Shown: positions 56,386-64,000 of the stretch, piece after piece
Numbering within the stretch: position 1 is the stretch's first letter
Layout: the number at the start of each line of letters is the position of its first letter
From: Syntrophomonas sp.
GTDB taxonomy: Bacteria; Bacillota; Syntrophomonadia; Syntrophomonadales; Syntrophomonadaceae
Length of the DNA stretch: 64,000 bases
Assembly (NCBI GenBank): GCA_028693695.1
Contig: JAQUUV010000001.1
Coordinates: forward strand, 959 to 64,958
Reading direction: 5' to 3'
Program-made: the position numbers and the translations under genes
Notes under the pieces: model-generated
Seen by the model: only the letters and a program-made list of their open reading frames with translations
The model's database searches: none
Told to the model about the DNA's origin: nothing

Positions 56386-56680
56386 ATATAGTGTTGAATA
56401 TTTGCCACTGGCTTACGATGATTTAGAAGATATTTTTACTTATATTATTGCTGATGACCCAGAAGCGGCGGAAAATCTTTTGAATGAGATTGATGCAGCT
56501 ATCCTTCATTTAGAAGAATTCCCTGATATGGGGGTCACCCCTAAAAACAGGCGATTGGCCAATAAGGGCTATAAAATACTCATTGTTAATGCCTACCTGG
56601 TTTTTTATGTTGTGGCTGGTGATATCGTAGAAATCAGGCGTATAGTTTCCAGTAAGCGAAACTATACTAAATTGCTTTAA
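56378..56680 (+). CDS. RelE/ParE-family toxin
   Basis: 8-nt overlap with the antitoxin gene. ..DDLEDIFTYIIADDPEAAENLLNEI..LEEFPDMG..YLVFYVVAGDIVEIRRIVSSKRNY. Confidence 0.8.
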   Translation: MGKYSVEYLPLAYDDLEDIFTYIIADDPEAAENLLNEIDAAILHLEEFPDMGVTPKNRRLANKGYKILIVNAYLVFYVVAGDIVEIRRIVSSKRNYTKLL

Positions 56681-56874
56681 AAAATGGTTTTTTAGAGCTT
56701 CCTGAGCATATTTAATTCTGAAACCAAGATTTATAACAATCTATGCAGAAGTTAATATGGATAACGCGAAGCTGATGAATCTTGTATTGCATATAATCAA
56801 TAAGCGCTTTCTGTTGGTAATCTGGCATCATCTATGACTTCAATTTATGTCAACGAAACCGTTCTCTTGATACT

Positions 56875-57282
56875 TTAATAATTTGGTTTATTCTCACTGA
56901 AAGAAATAACCCCTGGCATCATACCCTTAACTTCCAATGATGCACCGATTAATTGGTGCTTATCGTTCAATAGAAATTTAGCATAAATTGCAGATTCTCC
57001 GTTTCCATTTTCATACATATGACGCTCCAGAAGTCCGTATTGTAACACTTCAACCTTCTTTCCTTTATAGGGTTGTAGATTATAGCCCAGTTCCTTTGAT
57101 GCTTCATTGAATGAGTCAAATGTTATTTCGTCCAAAACAATACTTGTGTGTTTAGGCATACCAACAGGATGGAAATCATAAGTTCTTAAAATATGTCTGG
57201 CTTGATAATCAGGGCTATGCCAAACAATTAAACCTAAAAAAACAATTAGACCAGCTAAACCAGCAATAATGAATCGTTTCAT
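56875..57282 (-). CDS. DUF4830-like membrane-anchored protein
   Basis: N-terminal TM segment, then ..FNEASKELGYNLQPYKGKKVEVLQYGL..LIGASLEVKGMMPGV, matching the DUF4830 pattern as I recall it. Confidence 0.6.
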   Translation of the reverse strand: MKRFIIAGLAGLIVFLGLIVWHSPDYQARHILRTYDFHPVGMPKHTSIVLDEITFDSFNEASKELGYNLQPYKGKKVEVLQYGLLERHMYENGNGESAIYAKFLLNDKHQLIGASLEVKGMMPGVISFSENKPNY

Positions 57283-57372
57283 CTATCTATCCCCTTTATT
57301 GGCAAATTGTGTTTTCCTGCTTCAGTTTCACACTTCGCCCGAACTTCTATGATGATGCCAATATAATTTTAA

Positions 57373-57933
57373 TCAAAAAGTCTGTCTGTAAGTAAACCAA
57401 TGAGGCGCAATACGTTCCGTATAAAAACTGTTGTCGCCCTTTGATTCTTGCCATGTCCAGATTTCCGAATCACTTGGCTTTAATGTATTTTCTTGTTGCT
57501 TAACATTTTCAGGCGCTTGCGTTTCCATCAAATTACATGGCGTATCATTAATGGAATAATAGAGCCCGTAATAACTCATAGACGGCACAATCCCAAAAGC
57601 ACCTAAAGACAGCACATAAGCTTGATCATCACCACCTGCACGAACCCAATATATAGTATTTACATCACTCGGAAGCGTTGGCGGCTTTTTAAGCTCGATA
57701 TAATTTTCTTTATTATTTACAGGGTCTTCTGTCAAAGTATTTTGTAAAGTTGACTCTAAAACATCAATGCTGTCTTCTAAAGCAGGTTGATTATTTTTGA
57801 AAAAGTGCTTCGCTTTATGTAACTGTCCTGTCTGAGATCCAAAATAACCTATAGAAAGAAAAGGAATTGACAAGATTAAAAGCACAATCAAAAAGATTAG
57901 CAGAACTTTTTTTCTCTTTTTCATATGTTCCAC
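57373..57933 (-). CDS. Membrane-anchored hypothetical protein
   Basis: 186 aa with an N-terminal signal anchor (KKVLLIFLIVLLILSIPFLSIGYF). Confidence 0.55.
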   Translation of the reverse strand: MEHMKKRKKVLLIFLIVLLILSIPFLSIGYFGSQTGQLHKAKHFFKNNQPALEDSIDVLESTLQNTLTEDPVNNKENYIELKKPPTLPSDVNTIYWVRAGGDDQAYVLSLGAFGIVPSMSYYGLYYSINDTPCNLMETQAPENVKQQENTLKPSDSEIWTWQESKGDNSFYTERIAPHWFTYRQTF

Positions 57934-58190
57934 CTCTTCTCTTTTTCTTCACAAAACAACATCATCAGCCACGATCTAGCCCCATTCGTAAAATATAATC
58001 AATTAATATCTCATGACAGATATCCAGGCTTCCCATTATTAGCCTAATAGGCAGAAGCAAGCCATTATAAATTGGGCCAAATTTTTATAATTTAGCCTAA
58101 TCGATATATGTATAACTGGGAACTGGTAAGTGTCTATACCCTATTTGGATGGGTACTTTGAGTAGCAGTTTTTGCTTGATCCCTCTAAAA

Positions 58191-59243
58191 CTATTTAACT
58201 TTGTTTTTAAGTCTGTGCTGCCACTTTCCGTCCATCAGCGGAATTTCTTTTAGTTCAACCGTACCTTCCCAGCTATAGTTAACTGGCCAATTCCTAAATA
58301 TTTTCACAAATATGAATAATAATCTATAGCCTATAGGATATCCTGCTGGTTGCCATTCCTCCAATTGATTCAGTTCGACATGAACCTGATCCGCAATTTT
58401 TTCAAGCAGGTATTGACCTCCGGTTATTTTATCCGATGATATAAATATATCAAAGTAACCCCTGATACGCTGATTTTCAGGCAAATCCAGCAAATTGGGG
58501 AATCCGCCCGGAAAATTTAGCACAGCACTATTTGTATCCTTCACGATTTGAATTTGATCAACTATTCCTTCAGCATTACAGTGGATTTGTGTTTCGTTTT
58601 GCATCGTGGTTTTACCCGGTACTGCATCAAAGCATAAAGGATTTGCGCCATCGGGATTGAGAGCCGCAATGTTTAGCCGGGAACAATATCTTGCCAGGTA
58701 AGCGCGGTGTCCACTAATCAAAAGCGGGAGAGTTGCAGGTTCAAGGATGCGTCCATCCAGTGAGCAGTGTATCTGTGTGGTTTTACGGTATGCAAAGTCG
58801 AAGTCATTCATATAAACGAAAAATAGCTTCTTAGGTTTTTCTATGCCGCCGCCAACCGGAGCTAAAAGCGGAACAGGATGCTTGCAAGCACTTTTTTCTT
58901 CCACTTTCAACTCGTTCTTCCGGCCTTGAGCATCTGTGAAGATTAGCTGGACTTGCAGCCCGCTTTCAGTAATTTCGAAAAGGTTTTTATCGAAATGGGT
59001 CATTTTTGAATCCGCTATTCCGGTTCCGATACTAAAATTTTTATCCGGTATGATGCCAGCTTCATAGTAGACATCTACTTTTCCATTCTTCCGATAACGG
59101 AGCAGACGAATTCCTTTACCATTAACCGGGTCATCAAAGAGTTGCGGTTCGTAGCCTTCAAATTCTTCATTCCCGATAAAACTGATAACAGCAAGCCTTA
59201 TCATAGGTTCAAATTCAAAATGAAACGGAAGCACATATTTCAT
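58191..59243 (-). CDS. Hypothetical protein (350 aa)
   Basis: Long ORF. Start placed at the ATG at 59243, 7 nt after GGAGGGA. No recognisable motif. Confidence 0.6.
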   Translation of the reverse strand: MKYVLPFHFEFEPMIRLAVISFIGNEEFEGYEPQLFDDPVNGKGIRLLRYRKNGKVDVYYEAGIIPDKNFSIGTGIADSKMTHFDKNLFEITESGLQVQLIFTDAQGRKNELKVEEKSACKHPVPLLAPVGGGIEKPKKLFFVYMNDFDFAYRKTTQIHCSLDGRILEPATLPLLISGHRAYLARYCSRLNIAALNPDGANPLCFDAVPGKTTMQNETQIHCNAEGIVDQIQIVKDTNSAVLNFPGGFPNLLDLPENQRIRGYFDIFISSDKITGGQYLLEKIADQVHVELNQLEEWQPAGYPIGYRLLFIFVKIFRNWPVNYSWEGTVELKEIPLMDGKWQHRLKNKVK

Positions 59244-59307
59244 ATTGGTCCCTCCATTCCTATTTTTTTGTTTTTTCTCAATCACTAAATTAATACTCAG
59301 TAAACAT

Positions 59308-59937
59308 CTAAAGGGATTTTATAATAGCATAACTTTCGATAATTGCTCCTAATAGCATAAATATTAAGCCTATGCTAAATACAAATAATTCTTGTCTTGA
59401 AAGCCCAATACTTCTCCAGTTTTTAGTTATGGTTTCTTTCCCAACGGTTATTATTAATGAAATTTTGGCGGTTGCACAAAGGATAAACAGCTGCCCGGTC
59501 ATTTCCCACAGCCCCGCTCTGTGAAAAAGATCAAATGTTCTAATAAATCTATCCGCTAACGGTATCGCATCAGATACAGGCGAAAATGACCATGTTCCCA
59601 GAAAAACCGCATTAACTGAAATCAAACCGAAAAATGCAATATTCCCATAAGGCAAAAAATATTGTGCCTTATTACTTTTGGATGCCAAGGTATTGCCAAG
59701 GATTATTACTATAACTGAGATTAAATTATAAGAAAAGATCTGCAATGTTGAGATGGCCCAATTTGATGAAGTCTCCCAGTTATGAAGCGGATGCTTGCCG
59801 CACAAAATACCCTCCGGCAATAAATAATAACTTACAACGGTGATGGTAAAAAAAGTTATCAAAAAACAAATATAGGTGGTTATTATTCTCTCAGCAAGAC
59901 TGTCAGATGTCAGTTTCTTTTTAATGCTGTCAAACAT
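59308..59937 (-). CDS. Integral membrane protein (possibly SpoIIM/DUF95-like)
   Basis: 209 aa with 5-6 TM segments. Lies immediately upstream of 58191..59243 on the same strand. Confidence 0.5.
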   Translation of the reverse strand: MFDSIKKKLTSDSLAERIITTYICFLITFFTITVVSYYLLPEGILCGKHPLHNWETSSNWAISTLQIFSYNLISVIVIILGNTLASKSNKAQYFLPYGNIAFFGLISVNAVFLGTWSFSPVSDAIPLADRFIRTFDLFHRAGLWEMTGQLFILCATAKISLIITVGKETITKNWRSIGLSRQELFVFSIGLIFMLLGAIIESYAIIKSL

Positions 59938-59958
59938 TTCAATTTAGTCCTTTCGAAA

Positions 59959-60106
59959 GTATAGAAGTGATGTCATTTACGAATTCAATCGTCTTCCTCT
60001 CAATATGTTTCTTGAGTTCTTCAGGATGATCAAAATCCGGCTGCTCAGCCAGGGTAGACTCAATGATGGAATCCACTCCAGGAAGAGCCTGCGACAGTTT
60101 ATATTT
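59959..60106 (-). pseudogene. 3' fragment paralogous to the gene at 2068..2400
   Basis: GTATAGAAGTGATGTCATTTACGAATTCAAT..GCTGCTCAGCCAGGGTAGACTCAAT..GCGACAGTTTATATTTA aligns with 2095..2235. Homology ends exactly at an ATGGATAAT motif (60107..60115). Confidence 0.8.
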
Positions 60107-60176
60107 ATGGATAATACTACGCTTAAGTTGTTATTTATCAAATACCCAATATGCTTATAATCTTAAGTGATTGGAA

Positions 60177-60608
60177 TTACATTTTTATCATATCATTATC
60201 ATCAAACTCAAAGTTAGGCCCCCAAGCCACTTCCCAATAATATCCGTCAGGGTCTGAAAAATATGCGTGAAAGCCACCCCAAAAAACGTCTTGCGGCTCT
60301 TTGACAATAGTTGCCCCAGCTTTTCGTGCAAGTTCAATTACTTCTCTTACTTCTTCTTTTGTTTTAGCATTATAGGCAAGAGTAATACCACCAAACCCAG
60401 AAGAAATCTCTGGCGGATTGTCATTGTTAATGTCTTTCGCCAATAACTCAAGAGGATATAATTCAAGCTTGGTCCCGGATGTGCTGAAAAAAACCACCTC
60501 TGGATTGTTGCTCTTTTCATCTGTTTTAAAGCCAAGTCCGTCACGATAAAACTTGATTGCTTTCTCCATATTCCTGACACCTAAACAAATAATATTTAGT
60601 CTGTTCAT
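60177..60608 (-). CDS. VOC/glyoxalase-bleomycin-resistance-family protein
   Basis: NIICLGVRNMEKAIKFYRDGLGF..FWGGFHAYFSDPDGYYWEVAWGP. Confidence 0.85.
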   Translation of the reverse strand: MNRLNIICLGVRNMEKAIKFYRDGLGFKTDEKSNNPEVVFFSTSGTKLELYPLELLAKDINNDNPPEISSGFGGITLAYNAKTKEEVREVIELARKAGATIVKEPQDVFWGGFHAYFSDPDGYYWEVAWGPNFEFDDNDMIKM

Positions 60609-60846
60609 ATCTGTCCTCTCCTTCGTAAACTATAAATCATTAATATACCATGATATATAGACTTCGTATTATTAGCCAAATGTGCAGTTCCAAATAAACA
60701 TAATTGGTATATGGATAATCAGGAATTCTTCGATGGTGACGACAACCCCGTCCCCTTGTCACTCTTACAGCATTGCGTTTATCATCTGCCTACTAAATAT
60801 ATTGAAGAGTTATTGACGTTGTAAAACTTTCCATGTAGTCAGTACT

Positions 60847-61146
60847 TTATTCGCCATTTTCATCAGAGGCTTCGCATTCTGGCTTTTTATGATCTTCCAT
60901 CAAGCGAGTTGAGACTTCTTTTACCAGTTGCTCGATACATCCAAACGCTCGTTTTCCATCTTTATTATCTGGTATAGAATTGTGCAGTTCAATATCCGAA
61001 CAATCCATGTTATCTGCAAAAAAGGCGCTATAAAACGTCTTTACATCTACCTGCAAATCATCTTTATTAATTTCAAAAATAATGTTTCCATTCTCAGAGA
61101 AGGTATACTTATCATCAGATATCTGAAATTCGATTGTTCTTTTCAT
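60847..61146 (-). CDS. Small acidic hypothetical protein, translationally coupled partner of the PHP-ATPase gene
   Basis: 99-aa ORF whose start overlaps the last 32 nt of 61115..63511. GGAG/GGAAG lies upstream of the ATG. Confidence 0.55.
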   Translation of the reverse strand: MKRTIEFQISDDKYTFSENGNIIFEINKDDLQVDVKTFYSAFFADNMDCSDIELHNSIPDNKDGKRAFGCIEQLVKEVSTRLMEDHKKPECEASDENGE

Positions 61147-63511
61147 ATCGCTTCCATCTCCTCTTCAATGTGTCCAATCCACCGTCAATATGGGTAGAAA
61201 TAATATCAAGCACACTATATTCATCATCTTTATATTCAAGAGCACCCGATTGCACAACCATACCCACTTCTGTCTTCCCGATATAAATTACATTGTCTAC
61301 GTCGAGATTTACAATAAACTGGGGATTGTGCGTGACAATTATAACTTGCCTTCTTTCTCCCATTACTTTAAATCTGTTTAACAAATACTCTTTAATTGCC
61401 TTCTGCGATATATTGTCTTCTGGCTGGTCTATCAAATAAATTCCATAATGGTCACTCTCGTATGAGAGAAGATCAAAATATATTTTTGCATTAAACCCAT
61501 CAGATAGCTCCTGGGTTTTATCCATACCATGCATTGTTATGGTATACTTTTCTTTAAAATCCTCATCCAGCAGCTTCTTAATATCATCCTTTAACCTTTG
61601 TAGGGCTTCTGACGGAGATCCATCAAATCTCAGCAAAGCTTCGGCTAATTGTTCTCGCGTCATATCAAGAACGGACAAAGCTATATCTTTCTTAAACACT
61701 CTTTCAAACAGAGATTCAATATATTCGCTATCCACAGAAAAAGCACAAAGTCTGCTGTTAAATTCATACTCAAATACTCGATTGGTTTGTATCTCGATAT
61801 CTTTTCTGTGTATCTCTATCTTAGGCTTCACATTTTTTCTTCTTCTCAAAAGGAGTTCCACTATACGAGCAATAGTTCTTTCAATGCCCTCATTGTAAAA
61901 AGATAGTCTTTTCTGTGAATCTGAAACTGTTTGGGAATACCTTTGCTTGAAATCATTCATTACTGATTGAAAAGCACTGATTTTCGCATTTTCAACATCT
62001 ACAACCACTTTCTTGGCATCGTATTCCTTTTCCAATTTCTCTAAGATAGTTTCAACTTCCTGTAAGGTTTTCACATCAGATTCTTCAATCCATTGGTCGC
62101 CTTCTATAGTCTTCACAGACTCAATGACTGTTCTAATATTACTGCTGATTGCGCCTAATCCCTGTGCTTTCTTGTTGTTTCTTGATGGCTGTCCAACAAA
62201 GGTCAAGCTTTCTGCTAGCACTCCATCCAAATCAACAATTTGAAATGACCCTAAATTTTCTTCAATATCGTCAAGAGCAAATTCTTCTTCTATATAAACG
62301 AAGATTTTATTTAACTCACGCTGTACCACTTGACGATATGGGTCCGGATTAATTGCAGCGGGATAGTAGTTTTTAAGGAATTCATCTGTTTTAATCTTGG
62401 ATTCCTCAAACTTTTCTCGCACTTCGCCCTGCATATCAAATCCAAAAATTTGGTCTGCTGTAAGGCTAGTTTGAATCTCAACCCCATTACTTCGAAGATA
62501 TCTGTCATAGCTTATAGTCAAAGTTTGCTTTATCTGTTTACTTTGTTTTTTTCTATATCCAGTCAACTTGTGAAGCAGAAGTGATTTTCCAATAGAGTTG
62601 TCACCAATGATGACATTCAATCCTCTTGAAAGTGGAATGTTGATTTCCACTCTATTTATTGTCATCTCAATCTGAGAAAGATACACTGCCGAAGGATTGA
62701 AGAAACTATTTACTGTTTTGATTCTTCGGTAATCGGTAATTGCCATAACAAGCCCCCTAAATGAGGGCAAGCATTTCATATATGTATATATGAATTCTGA
62801 GGTATCTTCAGATGTTTCTTTTGGATACACACTCCAGCAATGGCAATCAGTCCCTGTAATAAAGCGAATAGATTCTTTCATTCCTGTTTTTTCCAAATAA
62901 CTCTTATTAAATACCTCGTTTTTCTTATTCCTAAACTCAAAGGCCTCGAAGTAATCTGTATATACAAATTCTTGGAATCGGTCGGCTCCAACTGTATTCG
63001 CATCGCTCTTTCTAGGAGCATTACTGGTCAATGAATTCTTTTGATGGGCAATCAAAATAGTATCCAAATTAATTTGTCTAAGAATATCTAGAAATTTCCC
63101 TTCCGAAAATGCCATATTGCGGTCATATGTTACATCACCTTTTTCATCAAGAAGAGTATCCGAAATCTTTTTGATTTGTTCTTCTGAACTATCATTAAAT
63201 ATAGCTATAACATGCACTACAGGGGCAGCCGTATCACCTTCAAATTCAACAGAAAACTCTACTCCTGGAAATACTTTGACGATAGAGCAACCGTCTTGTT
63301 GCTCATTTTTTTTTAATGCAGCATACATATCATAGTTAAAAGCATCATGGTCTGTAATTGCACACATCTGAACACCATTCTCGGTCAATTTTTGAACCAA
63401 TACACCGATATTTTCGAGAGTATTAAATTTTACTTTATCGCCATCTTTTCCTTTAGAATAGATGGAGTGGATGTGTAAATCTAACTTGTAGCCAGCTTCA
63501 ACAACTTTCAT
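61115..63511 (-). CDS. PHP-domain / ABC-type (SMC/OLD-like) ATPase fusion protein, Ppl-like candidate defence protein
   Basis: N-terminal PHP motifs LDLHIHSIYS, AITDHD, PGVEF, IAHQ, GTDCH. Then Walker A IIGDNSIGKSLL, a long coiled-coil insert, signature-like LSDGFNAK, Walker B IYLIDQPEDNIS and H-loop IIVTHNP. Confidence 0.75.
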   Translation of the reverse strand: MKVVEAGYKLDLHIHSIYSKGKDGDKVKFNTLENIGVLVQKLTENGVQMCAITDHDAFNYDMYAALKKNEQQDGCSIVKVFPGVEFSVEFEGDTAAPVVHVIAIFNDSSEEQIKKISDTLLDEKGDVTYDRNMAFSEGKFLDILRQINLDTILIAHQKNSLTSNAPRKSDANTVGADRFQEFVYTDYFEAFEFRNKKNEVFNKSYLEKTGMKESIRFITGTDCHCWSVYPKETSEDTSEFIYTYMKCLPSFRGLVMAITDYRRIKTVNSFFNPSAVYLSQIEMTINRVEINIPLSRGLNVIIGDNSIGKSLLLHKLTGYRKKQSKQIKQTLTISYDRYLRSNGVEIQTSLTADQIFGFDMQGEVREKFEESKIKTDEFLKNYYPAAINPDPYRQVVQRELNKIFVYIEEEFALDDIEENLGSFQIVDLDGVLAESLTFVGQPSRNNKKAQGLGAISSNIRTVIESVKTIEGDQWIEESDVKTLQEVETILEKLEKEYDAKKVVVDVENAKISAFQSVMNDFKQRYSQTVSDSQKRLSFYNEGIERTIARIVELLLRRRKNVKPKIEIHRKDIEIQTNRVFEYEFNSRLCAFSVDSEYIESLFERVFKKDIALSVLDMTREQLAEALLRFDGSPSEALQRLKDDIKKLLDEDFKEKYTITMHGMDKTQELSDGFNAKIYFDLLSYESDHYGIYLIDQPEDNISQKAIKEYLLNRFKVMGERRQVIIVTHNPQFIVNLDVDNVIYIGKTEVGMVVQSGALEYKDDEYSVLDIISTHIDGGLDTLKRRWKRYEKNNRISDI

Positions 63512-64000
63512 CGCATATTCTCCTTTTCTATCCTTTAGAATTTAAATTAATATTTACAGCGTCATTACCATCCAACCCAACTACCAGCGATTTCTCCATA
63601 TTGAAACCAACACAAATTTCCCATTATGGTACTGACCTGCCATTTGGTGAGTTTCCCATTATTGCTATAACGAGTTAAATCTTGAACTGCCGGTTATTAG
63701 CCAAATGTGCAGCTCCAAATATGGATAATGCGAAGCTCTGAAGCCTTTTTCCTACTCAGTATAAGAACTGTAAGCGTCAAACAAAGTGGATAGAAAATGG
63801 CAAAACCCAGTATAACAGGTATATGGAGAATGCCCGAAAAAGGCTGTCCAATTTACCATAAGCTTTTTCAAAAAAAGATGCCCATTTTATCTTTTACTAA
63901 GGGTCTTGGTTTCCGCACTCCCTAATCCTTATAATTCATTATGTACAACATAAACAGGGCTGAAGGCAAAACCCCTTCACGTAGCCCGATACGACTGATC

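Noticed and set aside
50600-63729. A chromosomal integron (integrase plus attC-bounded cassettes)
   Set aside because: The recombinase is transcribed toward the mostly minus-strand array (convergent with it), not divergently from it. I see no IntI-specific insertion in the recombinase. The recurring GCCTAAT/GCCAAAT boxes only approximate the RYYYAAC inverse core, and no matching GTTRRRY partner occurs at cassette ends. I kept it as a cassette-like array with a different junction motif.

Overview
This window looks like the chromosome of an anaerobic, Clostridia/Peptococcaceae-like Firmicute. That is an inference from gene content (a selenocysteine NAD-type formate dehydrogenase, DUF3795 Cys-rich proteins, lipoprotein ABC binding proteins); no rRNA or tRNA is present to confirm it. 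The housekeeping anchors are enolase (7731..9014) and a minus-strand formate dehydrogenase operon (41765..48640) headed by a Moco-type riboswitch. The rest is a mosaic of accessory DNA in four parts. (i) A ~19-kb block (22787..41764) is bounded and subdivided by three direct copies of the fdhA 3' end. It carries three paralogous FecCD/BtuCDF-type ABC importer cassettes, two paralogous SAM methyltransferases, two tandem SIR2-like genes and a small nitrogenase-like NifH/NifD/NifK-homolog trio. Two more Moco-like riboswitches sit back to back at 32.5-33.1 kb. One of them heads the importer / SIR2-like / nitrogenase-like gene string, which I consider the best candidate for an undescribed system. 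(ii) A recombinase-in-trio (RIT) element with perfect 39-bp inverted repeats is inserted into a group II intron 5' fragment. It lies next to AbrB/PIN and VbhA-like genes, and the whole block is bracketed by ~95-bp direct repeats. (iii) An AT-rich 2.6-kb mini-element (tyrosine recombinase plus HsdR-N-like protein) is flanked by ~105-bp direct repeats. (iv) A cassette-like array (52-64 kb) holds toxin-antitoxin pairs, unrelated small genes and gene fragments, and ends in a PHP-domain/ABC-ATPase (Ppl-like) candidate defence gene with an overlapping 99-aa partner. Many genes are decayed: SNF2 helicase, MacB-type ABC, GNATs, MarR, Xer and the second fdhA. I saw no CRISPR array, rRNA or tRNA. All family assignments come from motif reading by eye, not from database searches.
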